Assembly (NCBI GenBank): GCA_051294375.1
Contig: CM119267.1
Location: 24,563,783 to 24,627,782 of the forward strand
Reading direction: 5' to 3'
Length of the DNA stretch: 64,000 nucleotides
Source: Paraspadella gotoi
Lineage: Eukaryota; Animalia; Chaetognatha
The position numbers and the translations under genes are program-made. Shown piece after piece: positions 42,714 to 56,409 of this stretch. Below the pieces are notes generated by a model. The model saw only the letters and a program-made list of their open reading frames with translations. It did not search any database and was not told the DNA's origin. Within the stretch, counting starts at the first letter, position 1, and every line of letters starts with the position of its first letter.

Positions 42714-43032
42714 TCTCTTGCAGTCGTTGGTGAGTCTGTGAAGTCATCATTAAAATGTCATGAGATTCGTATGTCTTTAAATTAAGTTTTGAGGCCGAGT
42801 TACCTCGACTCTCTCTTTTTCCCTCAACGACCACATGACCTCAAACATCCGGTCATTGGTCTCGTCGTCCCGGGCTTCAACGGGTTTCTTCCGTCGTGGC
42901 CGAAGCCACAAGAGACACAACCGTTTCAACCCTCGAACTATTCACGTTACATTATTGTCTCTTTTCCTGTATTGAACATATTTGATATGTTTTCTCTCGC
43001 TTATAATACATGTGTCTGTCTCCCTACTCCTT

Positions 43033-43068
43033 AGGCGTGGTCTTCCACATTGGTGAGCCCGACGAGAA
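43033..43068 (+). mobile_element. Family 1 LTR 3' end plus PBS fragment (tRNA-Trp-like)
   Basis: GTCTTCCACA-T-TGGTGAGCCCGACGAGAA. 15 of 18 positions match the canonical tRNA-Trp PBS TGGTGACCCCGACGTGAT. Confidence 0.55.
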
Positions 43069-43940
43069 CACGCCCAAAAAATCCTTCTGTGAAAAACGCT
43101 ATAAATAAAAAAAAGCCTTCTAAAAACCTTCCTGTCCTTAAAAAAAACCTCCTTAAAATGTTCACAATATTGCCAACCAACCTCCCAACTAAGTATCCTA
43201 CCTCCCAACGTGAACAAGAAAATTTTTTTTTTTTTTTTGTTTCTGAAATAAAAAAAAGACAATTTGGACAATTAAGACAATAAGAAGATTAAACGATTTA
43301 AACGATGAGTATTGAGCAAGAAAAATTGCACAATAGGCAACTTGTTTGAATCTTCCGCTTTCGGTAAAAAATATATTCTTTTGTTGAAAGCGAGGATTCA
43401 CCCATCAGACTCTACATTCGCAAGAGGAGATTCGGCGTACTCCGTAAATCCATGTACCGCACTACCCTAAAAAGACTCCTTTTTCACACCTCCAATTGAA
43501 GTCCCTATCTCCGGTGTCGCGGTCACCAATCCCTCTGCGACGCAATGCTTGAAGATGTAATTATTTCGAATATTTTTCTTTACATGTTTAACATTTACAT
43601 TTACAATAAATACGCTATTTATCAACTTAGTACAAAGTAGCAGTTTTTATTTTCATTGAACAACGGTTTTTCAAACTTTTTCAGAAACTTATTATTACTT
43701 ACTTACTTATTATTACTTAAAATAACGCTTAACCCTGTAGTGAGAGAAATTTTTTTTTAACTCAAAGAGTATAAACTCAAACTCTGATTTCTCTACAGAG
43801 TGAATCAACCGATTCTGATCCATTTAGTTTTGCTCGAATGACCTTTTTTGAACCCGCGACATTTTTTGGGATCCGTGATATCCCTGTTTGGAGTTTTGAA
43901 GTTCGTTCGAACCTGGTTCAGATTTCAGGAATGATTTCCC

Positions 43941-44045
<105 letters not shown>

Positions 44046-44319
44046 CGATGTCTGTTTTAGACGATAAAACCAGAGAATTTGTTCCTGCGTATTTTTTCCC
44101 CCTAAATAATAATTTTTGATTTTTTTTTCGCAAAAACTTTTCCATACATTTTTCGCTTTGAATACTTATTTTATTCAAATAACTTTCATTTTCTTTTTTT
44201 CATAACGTCATAAACTAAATGTAAATATAATGTAAATTCAAAAACAAAAACAAAACAAAACAAACACGCACAAAAAGTAAAAAGAAACAAAAGCGCATCG
44301 CTTAACTCAACATAAAAAA

Positions 44320-44455
44320 ATGGCGCCGTTGAAAGAAGGTTATCCGGAAGTCTACACAGTCGCGCCGCCTCGTGTGGACGGAGAGAAGAAGGAAGGGCAA
44401 CTCAGCGACGAAGAAGTCGTGACTTTTTTTAAAGATGGATTTTTGGTTGTCAAAG
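44320..44455 (+). CDS. Second copy of PhyH exon 1 (paralogue start or orphan exon)
   Basis: Near-identical to 24820-24955 with its own GTAAG donor and different intron sequence. No exon 2 seen downstream. Confidence 0.7.
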
Positions 44456-45377
44456 GTAAGATTTTTCGGGTTTTCTTGGTCGGTCTGTCCATCTATGACT
44501 TCTGGAATACCTGGCTAAGTTCTCAGTTATATGGTAACTGCTTTACTTTCGCTAGATTACTAACTCTTTTAATTATTAGATCAGGGAACATAATGGAATG
44601 GGATTCTGTTTCTACGTAATAAAAGATAGAAAATTGAGCGCGTGACCTCATGAACGAATGAGTCATGATTACAGGCGAATGTGAGAGATAGTCAAAGCGG
44701 CCTCGGGCTTGTGATAGTGATTATGATAGTCATTGTTATTGGTAATCTACTTAGATTTTCTCGTGGTGTTCTTTTATTTCCTTTTTTTTCTTTTAAATTT
44801 TTTTTTTTTTGGTAAAATTAAAAGTAATTTCATGTCCTTTTATCTGGTAAAGATTAAATGTAAAAAAAACTTCTTTGTTTGTCATTCTTTTTTCTTTTTA
44901 TTTTACAAATAAAAATAAATTGAAACTACATAATTTACACAAAATTTAGACAATGCAATACAAAAATAAAATATAATGATGCGGGGACAGCGGGGGAAAA
45001 ATTAAGCATATAAAAAATTTGGGTCAAACCAAAAGAAATCAAATATTAATAGATTTTCCATTTGGAAAACCTCGTCCAATAATTTTGTATTTTTTTGGAA
45101 GACTTACAAAGTTTTATCTAATGAGTTTTCTTTCATTGTTACAATAATAAACAATTAAATATGAGTGTCCATTAATATAGCATTTGTGGGTCTGTTACTC
45201 ATTTAAACTACAATTAAATATCGTTTTGAGAAAAATGCTGTAATTTTAAGGCAGTAATGATCTAGTTACAATTAAGTCTGTGATCGGGGGGAAACAGGCA
45301 CAGAGCTACACAGTTAATGTATTTTTACGATCCATATTTAAAAACACTTGTTAATGTATAAAGTTTGGAAATTAACG

Positions 45378-45431
45378 TCATACATTTGGAAGATTATTCT
45401 TTTCCGCGGATCCTTGTCTTGAGTTGAGTGC
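45378..45431 (-). CDS. Unknown R/S/G-rich protein, putative terminal exon (ALNSRQGSAEKNNLPNV*)
   Basis: CAG acceptor, phase 0 matching the previous exon, TGA stop. Confidence 0.45.
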   Translation of the reverse strand, partial: ALNSRQGSAEKNNLPNV

Positions 45432-46009
45432 CTGAATTAAGTAGATTAATTTTTGGGTTTTTTTGTAGTTTTTTTTTAACGTTTTTATTTACTACCTCAT
45501 AAAGGAAATTACATAAAATCTATGGTATGTTAGTCTTAGTTAAATTAGTAAAAGGTAACAAAATTGCCGATTACAGAAAATGTTTTAGCGAAAAATATAG
45601 TAAATCTAAACCAAAATTAACCAAAAAATTAAATAAACAAACCTGAAAGAAATTCAAGCTTATTATATTATTTTTTTTTTTACTCTTAGCAACTGCTTAT
45701 GTAACCATCATTTTATCTTTTTATTTTCTTTTTCCTTATTTACTTTTCTTTTTCCCCTTTTCCCCTTTTTTCCCTTTTCCCTTTTTTTTCCATTTTCTCT
45801 TTTCCCTTCTTTCCTTTTTCTCTTTTTTCCCTTTTCCCTTTTTACCATTTTCCCTTCTTTCCTTTTTCTCGTTTTCCCTTTTTTCCCTTTTCCCTTTTTT
45901 TACCATTTTCTCTTTTCCCTTCTTTCCTTTTTCTCTTTTTTTCCTTTTCCCTTTTTACCATTTTCCCTTCTTTCCTTTTTCTCGTTTTCCCTTTTTTCCC
46001 TTTCCTCAC

Positions 46010-46185
46010 CGAGAGTCCGACGTCGTTTCCAGCGTTGATGAGCGGCATCGACGACCTCTTGCCGACGCCCGAGTGGCGCTCGTGCTTCGATTCTCTGCCG
46101 ACGCGTGATTCTCGCCCGTTGCCTGTGCCGCCGACGCTCGAGCCGCCGACGCCCGCGCCGTCCGCCGGATCCCGCGACACGGCGC
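46010..46185 (-). CDS. Unknown R/S/G-rich protein exon (AVSRDPADGAG...RESKHERHSG...NDVGLS)
   Basis: GC-rich island, pyrimidine tract plus AAG acceptor, GTGAGG donor, phase 1 to 0. Confidence 0.55.
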
Positions 46186-46922
46186 CTTTGAGGGAAGGAA
46201 GGGAGAGGGCGTCCGCGGCGCGGTCTAGTGGTAGAGGGAGGGAGGGAGGTGAAGGCGAGGNNNNNNNNNNNNNNNNNNNNNNNNNNNNNNNNNNNNNNNN
46301 NNNNNNNNNNNNNNNNNNNNNNNNNNNNNNNNNNNNNNNNNNNNNNNNNNNNNNNNNNNNNNNNNNNNNNNNNNNNNNNNNNNNNNNNNNNNNNNNNNNN
46401 NNNNNNNNNNNNNNNNNNNNNNNNNNNNNNNNNNNNNNNNNNNNNNNNNNNNNNNNNNNNNNNNNNNNNNNNNNNNNNNNNNNNNNNNNNNNNNNNNNNN
46501 NNNNNNNNNNNNNNNNNNNNNNNNNNNNNNNNNNNNNNNNNNNNNNNNNNNNNNNNNNNNNNNNNNNNNNNNNNNNNNNNNNNNNNNNNNNNNNNNNNNN
46601 NNNNNNNNNNNNNNNNNNNNNNNNNNNNNNNNNNNNNNNNNNNNNNNNNNNNNNNNNNNNNNNNNNNNNNNNNNNNNNNNNNNNNNNNNNNNNNNNNNNN
46701 NNNNNNNNNNNNNNNNNNNNNNNNNNNNNNNNNNNNNNNNNNNNNNNNNNNNNNGAGAGAGAGAGAGAGAGAAAAAGAGAGAGAGAGAGATAGAATTTCT
46801 AGAAAGAGAGAGAGAGAGAGATAGAATTTCTAGAAAGAGAGAGAGGCACAAAAAAGACAGTGAAGAATGATAGAAAACGACCCAGTCTCCTTTAACATTT
46901 CTTTTTGAGAAATTAAACTCAC

Positions 46923-46975
46923 TTTTGGCGACCCGGGATCCGAGTCCCCGTGAACTGCCACACGGCACCTCCGTC
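46923..46975 (-). CDS. Unknown R/S/G-rich protein exon (TEVPCGSSRGLGSRVAK)
   Basis: CAG/GTGAGT boundaries, phase 2 to 1. Confidence 0.5.
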
Positions 46976-47019
46976 CTGCACCCTCAATTATTCCACCGTG
47001 CCGTCCCTCAAGCTGCCCC

Positions 47020-47460
47020 CCCACTTGCCCCTTACCCCTGTGCCGTCCGCTCGGGCTGCTCCCATTGCCCCTTACCCATGTGTCGTCCACCCGGGCTGCT
47101 CCCCTTGCCCCTTATCCCTGTGCCGTCCCTTCAGGCTGCTCCCCTTACCTCTTACCCATGTGCCGTCCGCACGGGCTGCTCCCCTTACCTCTTACCCATG
47201 TGCCGTCCGCACAGGCTGCTCCCCTTACCTCTTACCCATGTGCCTTCCGCACGGGCTGCTCCCCTTACATCTTACCCATGTGCCGTCCGCATGGGCTGCT
47301 CCCCTTACCTCTTACCCATGTGCCGTTCGCCCGGGCAGCTCTTCTTGCCCCTTACCCTTGTGCCGTCCGCCCGGGCAGCTCCCCTTGCCCCTTACCCTTG
47401 TGCCGTCCGCCCGGGCAGCTCCCCTTGCCCCTTACCCTTGTGCCGTCCGCCCGGGCTGCC
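47020..47460. repeat. 39-bp GC-rich minisatellite filling an intron, each unit containing a GG|GTAAG donor
   Basis: About 11 units of GTAAGGGGCAAGGGGAGCTGCCCGGGCGGACGGCACAAG-like sequence on the minus strand. Confidence 0.9.
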
Positions 47461-47567
47461 CCCGGGACTCTCGGGATCTTCGGTCCTTCGAGTCGCCGAC
47501 GGAATTCTGGCTGAAGTGGCGCTCGTGGCGCGAGAGGCGCGAGAGGCGGGAGAGGCGGGAGATTTGT
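47436..47567 (-). CDS. Unknown R/S/G-rich protein exon (QISRLSRLSRLSRHERHFSQNSVGDSKDRRSRESRGQPGRTAQG)
   Basis: CAG acceptor after a CT tract, GTAAG donor, phase 2 to 2. Shares HERH and RESR motifs with the 46010-46185 exon. Confidence 0.55.
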
Positions 47568-50500
47568 CTGNNNNNNNNNNNNNNNNNNNNNNNNNCACCT
47601 CCCTCTCCCTCTCTCACCTCTCTCTCCCTCTCTCACTCTCTCTCCCTCTCTCACCTCCCTCTCCCTCTCTCTCCTCCCTCTTCCTCTCTTCCCCTCTCTC
47701 TCCTCTCCTTCTCCCTCTCTCTCCTCCTCTTCCTCTCTCTTCCTCCCTCTCCTCTCCTTCTCCTCTCTCTCCTCCCTCTTCCTCCTCTACCTCCCTCTCC
47801 TCTTCCTCTCCTTTCTCCCTCCTCTTCTCTCTATCCTCCTCTCTCCTCTCCTTCTCCCTCTGCCCTCTCCCTCTCAGACAAATCTCCCGGCCTCTCCCGC
47901 CTCTCGCGCCTCTCGCCGCCACGAGCGCCACTTCAGCCAGAATTCCGTCGGCGACTCGAAGGACCGAAGATCCGAGAGTCCCGGGGGCAGCCGGGCGGAC
48001 GCACAAGGGTAAGGGGCAAGGGGAGCTTGCCGGGCGACGGCACAAGGGTAAGGGCAAGGGGAGCTGCCCCGGCGGACGGCACCAGAGGTAAGGGGCACAG
48101 AAGAGCTGCCCGGGCGAACGGCAACATGGTAACGAGGTAAGCGGAGCAGCCCATGCGGACGGCACATGGGTAAGATGTAAGGGAGCAGCCCGTGCGGAAG
48201 GCACATTGGGTAAGAGTAAGGGGAGCAAGCCGTGCGGACGGCACATGGGTAAGAGGTAAGGGAGCAGCCGTGCGGACGGGGTACATGGGTAAGAAGGGTA
48301 AGGGGAGCAGCTGAAGGGACGGCACAGGGATAAGGGGCAAGGGGAGCAGCCCGGGTGGACGACACATGGGTAAAGGGGCAATGGGACAGCCCGAGCGACG
48401 CGCACAGGGTAAGGGGCAAGTGGGGGGGCAGCTTGAGGACGCACGGTGGAATAATTTGAAGGGTGCAGGACGGAGGTCGCCGTGTGCAAGTTTCACGGGG
48501 ACTCCGGATCCCGGGTCGCCAAAATGAGTTTTAATTTCTTCAAAAGAATGTTAAGGAGACTGGGTCGTTTTCTATATCATTCTTCACTGTCTTTTTTGTG
48601 CCTCTCTCTTTCTAGAAATTCTATCTCTCTCTCTCTCTCTTTCTAGAAATTCTATCTCTCTTCTCTCTCTTTTCTTCTCTCTCTCTCTTCTCTCTCTCTT
48701 TCTAGAAATTCTATCTATCTCTCTCTCAATCTCTCTTTTTCTCTTTTCTTCTCTCTCTTCTCTCTCTCTTTTCCTAGAAAGTCTATCTCTCTCTCTCTCA
48801 ATCCTCTTTTTCTCTCTCTCTCATTTCTTCAATCTCTCTTTCTACGAAATTTCTATCTCTCTCTTCTCTCTCCTCAATCTCTCTTTTTCTCTCTTCTCTC
48901 TATCTCTCAATCTCTCTTTTCTCATCTCTTCTCTCTCTGTCTTTATCACTTTTCCCCTTCCTTCCTCCATTAAAACTCCTCCGTTCCCCATCTTCTCTGC
49001 CCCTTCTCACCATTTCCTCTCCTCCCTCTTACCTCCCTCCCCTCCCCCTCTCCTCCCCTCCTCCCCTTCCCTCCCCTCCTCCTCCTCCTCTCCCCCCCTT
49101 CCTCGCCTTCACCTCCCTCCCTCCCTCTACCACTAGACCGCGCCGCGGACCCAGCTCTTCCCTTCCCTCCCCTCAAAGGCGCCGTGGTCGCGGATCCGGC
49201 GGACGGCGCGGGCGTACGCGGCTCGAGCGTCGGCGGCACAGGCAACGGGCGAGAATCACGCGTCGGCAGAGATCGAAGCACAGAGCTGCCCACTCGGGCG
49301 TCGGCAAGAGGTCGTCGATGCGCTCATCAACGCGGAAACGACGTCGGACCTCTCGGTGAGGAAGGGAAAAAAGGGAAACACGAGAAAAAGGAAGAAGGGA
49401 AAATGGTAAATAATAGGGAAAAGGAAAAAAAGAGAAAAGGAAACGAAGGAAAAGAGAAAATGGTAAAAAAAGGGAAAGGGAAAAAAGGAAAACGAGAAAA
49501 AGGAAGAAGGGAAAATGGTAAAAAGGGGAAAGAAAAAAGGAGAAAAAGGAAGAGGAAGAGAAAATGGAAAAAAAAGGGAAAAGGGAAAAAAGGGAAAAAG
49601 GGAAAAGAAAAAGTAAATAAGGAAAAAGAAGAATTAAAAAAGAATAAAAATGATGGTTACATAAGCAGTTTTGCTAAGATAAAAAACAAAATTAATATAA
49701 TAAGCTTGAATTTCTTTCAGGTTTGTTCTTTTAATTTTTTGGTTAATTTTGGTTTAGATTTACTATATTTTCGCTAAAACATTTTCTGATAATCGGCAAT
49801 TTTGTTACCTTTACTACTTTAACTAAGACAACATCCATAATTTTATGTAATTTCCTTTATGAAGGTAGTAATAAAACGTTAAAAAAAAACTACAAAAAAA
49901 ACCCAAAAATTATCTACTTAATTCAGGCACTCAACTCAAGACAAGGAATCCGCGGAAAGAATAATCTTCCAAAAATGGTATGACGTTAATTTCGCAAACT
50001 TTATACATAACAAGTGTTTTTAAATATGCGATGTAAAAATACATTAACTGTGTAGCTCTGTGCCTGTTTTCCCCCGTCACCAGACTTAATTTGTAACTAG
50101 AATCATTACTAGCCTTAAAATTACAGCATTTTTCCCAAAACGATATTAATTGTAGTTTAAATGAGTAAGCAGACCCACAAATGCCTATATTTTAATGGAC
50201 CACTCATATTTTAAATTGTTTATTATTGTTAACAATGAAAGAAAAACTCATTAGAAAAACTTTGTAAGTCTTCCAAAAAATACAAAATTATTGGAACGAG
50301 GTTTTCCCAAATGGAAAATCTATTAATATTTGATTTCTTTTGGTTTGACCCAAATTTTTTATATGCTTAATTTTTCGCCGCTGTCCCCGCATCATTATAT
50401 TTATTTTGTATTCGCATTGTTAAAATTTGTGTAATTATGTAGTTTCAATTTATTTTTATTTGTAAAAATAAAAAAGAAAAAAGAAATGACAAACAAAGAA

Positions 50501-51388
50501 GTTTGTTTTTACATTTAATCTTATTACCAGATAAAAGGGACATGAATTACTTTTTTAATTTTACAAAAAAAAAAATTAAAAGCAAAAAAAAAGGAAATAA
50601 AGAACACCACGAAAAATCTAAGTAGATTACCATAACCAATGACTATCATAATCACTATCACAACCCGAGGCCGCGTTTTGAACTATCTTCACATTCGCCT
50701 GTAATCATGACTCATTCGTTCATTGAAGGTCACGCGTTCAATTTTCTATCTTATTACGTAAAACAGAATCCCATTCCATTATGTTCCTGATCTAATAATT
50801 AAAAGAGTTAGTAATTCTAGCGAAAGTAAAAGCAGTTACCATATAACTGAGAACTTAGCCAGGTATTCCAGAAGTCATAGAATGGGACAGACGGCGACCA
50901 AGAAACCCAGAAAAATCTGTACCTTGTTGACAGAACCAAAAATGCCGATCTTAAAAAAGCACGACTTCTTCGTGCTGCAGTTATGCCCTTCCTTTCTTCT
51001 TCTCCGTCCACACGAGGCGGCGCGACTGTGTAGGACTTCCGGATAACTTTCTTTCCAACGGCGCGCATTTTTCTATGTTGGAGTTAAAGCGATGCGCCTT
51101 TGTTTCTTTTTACTTTTTGTGCGTGTTGTTTTGTTTTGTTTTTTGTTTTGAATTAACATTTATATTTACATTTAGTTTTGACGTTATGAAAAAAGAAAAT
51201 GAAAGTTATTTTGAATAAAATAGTATTCAAATGCGAAAAATGTACCTGGAAAAGTTTTTGCGAAAAAAAAATCAAAAATTATTATTTTAGGGGGCAAAAA
51301 TACGCAAGGAACAATCTCTGGTTTTATCGTTGTAAAAAGACATCGGGAAGAGAGGAGAGAGAGGAGAGAGAGTGAGAGAGAGAGAGAT

Positions 51389-51433
<45 letters not shown>

Positions 51434-54400
51434 GAGAGAGAGGCTGGCGAAATCATTCTGGAAATCTTGAACCAGTTCGAACGAACTTTTCAAACTCCAA
51501 ACAGCGGAATCACGGATCCCAAAAAAATGTCGCGGTGTTCAAAAAGGTCATTCGAGCAAAACTAAATGGATCCAGAATCGGTTGATTCACTCTGTAGAGA
51601 AATCGAGTTTGAGTTTATACTCTTTGAGTTAAAACAAAATTTCTCTCCACTACAGGGTTAAGCGTTATTTTAAAGTATATAATAAGTAAGTAAGTAATAA
51701 ATAGTTTCTATTAAAAAGTTTGAAAAACCGTTTGTTTAATGAAATAAAAACTGCTTACTTTGTAACTAAGGTTGATAAATAGCGTATTTTATTCGTAAAT
51801 GTAAATGTTAAACATTTAAAGAAAAATAGTTCGAAATAATTACATCCTTCAAGCATTGCGTCGCAGAGGAATTGTGACGCGACACCGGGAGATAGGGACT
51901 TCAATTGGAGGCGTGAAAAAGGAGTTCTTTTTAGGAGGGGACATGCGATACGGACGCCGAATCTCTCTTGCGAATGTAGAGCTTGATGGCGATTGAATCC
52001 TCGCTTTCCACAAAAGAATATATTTTTTACCGAAAGCGGGAAGATTCAAACAAGGTTGCCATTAGTGCAATTTTTCTGCTCAATACTCATCGTTTAAATC
52101 GTAATCTTCTTATTGTCTTAATTGTCCAAAATTGTTCTTTTTTATTTCAGAAAAAAAAAAAAAAAAAAAATTTCTTGTTCCACGTTGGGCAGGTAGGATA
52201 CTTAGTTGGGAGTTGGTTGGCAATATTGTGAACATTTCAAGAAGCGTTTTTTTTAAGGAAGGAAGTTTTTAGAAGCTTTTTTTATTATAGCGTTTTTTCA
52301 CAGAAAGGATTTTGCGGGCGTGTTTCGTCGGGCATCACCAATGCTGGAGACCACCCCTAAGGAGTAGGGAGACAGACACATGTATTTAAGCGAGAGAAAA
52401 CATATCAAATATGTTCAATACAGGAAAAGAGACAATAATGTAACGTGAATAGTTTCGAGGGTTGAAACGGTTGTGTCTCTTGTGGCTTCGGCCACTGACG
52501 GAAGAAACCCGTTTTTGGAAGCCGACGACGAGACCATGACCGGATGTTTCGAGGTTCATGTGGTCGTTTGAGGGAAAAAGAGAGGAGTCGAGTCGGTAAC
52601 TCGCCTCAAACTTAATTTAAAACACTAGAATACATCATGGACATTTTAATGATGACTTCCCAGACTTCACCAAACGACTGCAAGAGATTAAACTGATGAC
52701 AGCAAACGCCTCCTTCTTCTCCTTCTTTCTCCTTCCTTCTTCTTCTTCTTCGAAATTGCCAATCATTGGAAGGGGAAGGCGGGGAAAACCGGGAGCCAGC
52801 CCAGCAGGCACGAAAAACGGCACTACCCACTTGGTGCGGATGCCTAGGAACTAATCCGCCCGACTCGGCCAGCGACACGGCGGCGTAGACGGCGGAGACG
52901 GACCGAGTTGGACGAGACGACGAAGAGGAGGATGCGCCCAAGAGGATACTGCCGGACGACGGCGATGTTGGCGGAGGATCGAGAATCGACGAAGTCTGAC
53001 GTGCGTCCCGATTCGACACTCGGCCACTTGCACGGGAGGATGGGAAGAGAATGAAGAAGGGAGGAGGTTGAGGAGAGATTTGGAGGAGCCGCTTTCTTCG
53101 TCATGGCTGCAGAGATAAATGAATTGAAAATGGCACATTGGACAATGAACTTGAAAATGTATTGAAAATGAGGAAACATGAAATCGAGGAAAAAAGGTGA
53201 AAAAAAAAAAATCGGCAAGATTTATTGATAGAGTTGATTGGAAAAAGAATGTAGAATTTATAAATATCGCCTTAGGTCAGTACGGATATTCTGTGGTGCT
53301 GAGAGCGTTGGAAAAAACCGAAAAAGTTATGCGCCAACGTGGGGACATGCTGTGATGGCCCGGGTGAGTGAGGAATCTCACGACAGCTGCGCTCAATGGC
53401 CTGTGTGAACCTGCAAGTTACGACCCCCAATTAAATTTCATGTCAATTATATGTCGAGTTTTTGAGCAAGTATTAGGGTTGGTGTCAACAGAAATTTTTA
53501 TAATTATTTTTAATAGCGCGAAGAATTGTTATCCATTATAATTGCATTTCTTAGAAATCGATGGAATCTCATGAATGTTTAATTTAAAACCGTTAAGTCG
53601 CTTTAATATTAATGGGGAATCTTTTCTTCTTTAACGAAAGAAACCGAAGCTGACTCATGTTTAATCATTAGACTGATTAATTATAAAATATGATCCTCAA
53701 AGCTTTTCTTTCGTTCCGCGTTTTAGTTAAAGAGAAAACAAAGTTTATTTGTTTACGACAAAGTTTTTTTTTTTTTTATTAAAAAACATGTTTCGACTGC
53801 CTATTTTTTGAGCTCCTTCATCAGCACTTGGTAATTATACAATTTTTAAATTGGCTTCGCAGTCGCAAAACTAAACTTTCTCTCTTCCATATTTAACACG
53901 GCTCTACATGCCTTACCTTTTACTTTCGCATTTAATGAGACTTCCAAACTTACCTACTTTATCAATAACCGGTTCATTGAACGAAGAAATCGCGGAATTC
54001 TTGGTTTTTTCACTTTGGATCATTTTTTTACGCTCGTGTGGGAAACGAAAACAAAAACTTATTAAAAAAAAAATGACAGAAAACAAACATGAAATTGTAT
54101 TTTTTAAAATACATTTTTATTTGCGTCGTAAAATATGGATAGACTTAACAAGTTTTTGGTGTTCGATTCCAATTTATTCGTAACCAACATAAAAACTATT
54201 GTCTTAAAATTAACTCATCCACTACGCAGGTTGAACAAAATTCTATTTTTCATAAACGATGACTCAATCGTCTCATTTACGAAGAAAAAAAAAAACTAAA
54301 AAGCAAAATCAGTGCAAATTGTTTTTATTTTTAGGTTTTAGTTTCAGGTTTAAATGGCCAACGACTGTTTTTTTAAACTTTAATTTCTCAAAAACGGTAT

Positions 54401-54969
54401 ATTAAATCGGATTTTATTGCGCAAATCCTGAATGGACTTCTTGTTACGACTTCGGCCCAAACGGTCGACGCTTAGTCGTCTTTGCTATTTTTTCTCTCTC
54501 TTACATTTTATTAATGATTTTCAATCTTTATAAAGTCGAACGAACATAAAGTAAGAAGGTAACCAAAATAACATATAAAATTTAATAATTAAACTGTTTA
54601 CGGCATACCCGAGTTGGTGAGATGCCGATTGAGGGAACTCGGCTGCTGGCGTTGCTTGCTGTGGACCTCAGCGAATGGGCGAATGCTATCGTTGCGCGTT
54701 TTACTAGTTTTTACCAAGTATTACCAACGCGGTGAGGTAGTTACGTCTGCTGGAGACTAGACACGAGCATTTGCGATGGTTGTCGTTTCCCCGCGGAAGC
54801 CACCCCTAATGCCTTGAAGAGTATTAATAATTCATTTAATATTGATTAATTTCAAACACTTCATTGACAAGGAATCCAGGTAACTCTGAGAGTGAATAAA
54901 CTAGACTGTGAGAGAGTCTTTGATTAAGCTTACACGGACCTGCTATCTCATTATCTTGTAAGAGTGATC

Positions 54970-56060
54970 CAGCTATATTTTAATTACAAGGAACCCCAAT
55001 AATAGGATATAGATATAATAGAGACATTAGCAGGTAATAGTTTAATTATAAAAAATGCTTGCAAATGCAGGATGTTAATAATATTGATTATAAATTTAAT
55101 GGTCTGTGATTGGCGAAAATTCTGCATTAAAGATCATATCATAAATCATATTTATCACAAGTAAATTTGAATATAATAGAAAATTGAAAATTTTAAAGAA
55201 AATTTTGAAAAAAGGGCCAAAATTATAGATCTACCTAGAAAAATAAAATTGGATAAAAATAAATGGATAATATTAGCAAACTTTTATAGATATATATGCT
55301 AAAGAGGATAAAAAAAGGAATCAGTCCAATAAAGACACAAATATAAATATCAATTGTCTTATTAAATTGTTATGGGAAAAAAGAAGGTTTTAAATTTTAA
55401 TGGTTAAAAAACGTGCTGGGACCTTAGATACTTGCAAAAATAAAGTGTAAAAATACTTATCGCCACCCTCTCACCAAGTATTACGGCGTTCCTCTTAAAA
55501 ACTGAAACTAAATACGGATTTACAAGATACCAATTCTTATAATAACACCAGTCAGACCAAGGCCTCAAAAACAATATATTTTACATGTAAAGCAATTCCT
55601 TATTACAAAAAGAATTTAAAAGAAGAATTAATAGACTCAACAATCATATAACTTCACCTAATGAAATCCGCCTGAATAGTATCAATAATAAGAATAGCTA
55701 AATTTAGTAAGATTATGGAATTAAAGTAAAAGACGAAATTGATATAGAAATTCCTATTTATTTTATTTTATTCCTAAAAATGCATTAAAAGTCCTACAAA
55801 AACAAAGATAATAGCAAGCTCTAAAATATGTTCTCTCAAGGGCAGTACATCCTAAAACCTCCATATATTCAATAATAAGTTTAAAGCGTAATGCTTAAAA
55901 CATCTTAAAGGTAATTAACTATCAAGTAGTTTTTCAAAAGACTATCTGGCAAATACATTAACACCACTTATTGGCAATTAATTGATAATTCTTTGGAATA
56001 GTTTTTTGGAAAAAAAATTTCCTCAATTTTAAACACCCCGATTTTCTAGAAACATTATTT
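54970..56060 (+). mobile_element. Possible degraded non-LTR retrotransposon ORF2 fragment
   Basis: A-rich strand. Frameshifted remnants resemble the APE end (IDY...DH.I, about 55080-55145) and the RT start (KDYLANTLTPL...NSLE...FP, about 55930-56040). Confidence 0.3.
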
Positions 56061-56409
56061 TGAGCCCTTTTTCAACATTCATATCCCATCACTTCCTTCA
56101 TATGAAAGTTCTAGGTAGTAAGCTAAAAAATCTTCAATTCAGAACAACTTTTTTCTAGGGAAAAATAAAACACTATAAAATCGTAAATCATAATAAAGCT
56201 AATTTTTCAAATATAAGAATAAGCGGATATATCTTTTTCTTTTACTGACGGAAAGATTCTTTAGAAATTATTTGTCCTCAGACTTTATTTGTAGATGAGG
56301 GATGTTTTTGTTCAAATTTTGTTCTCACTACATATTACAAACAAACATTAGGCCAATACCAATTGGACTAGATTTCTGGACAGGATATTGCACATCTCTC
56401 TCTAGAGAG

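Noticed and set aside
46925-48496. Long Pro/Cys-rich ORFs of 180-396 aa
   Set aside because: They arise from the stop-free strand of the 39-bp minisatellite plus CT tracts. Splice signals support short exons on the opposite strand instead.
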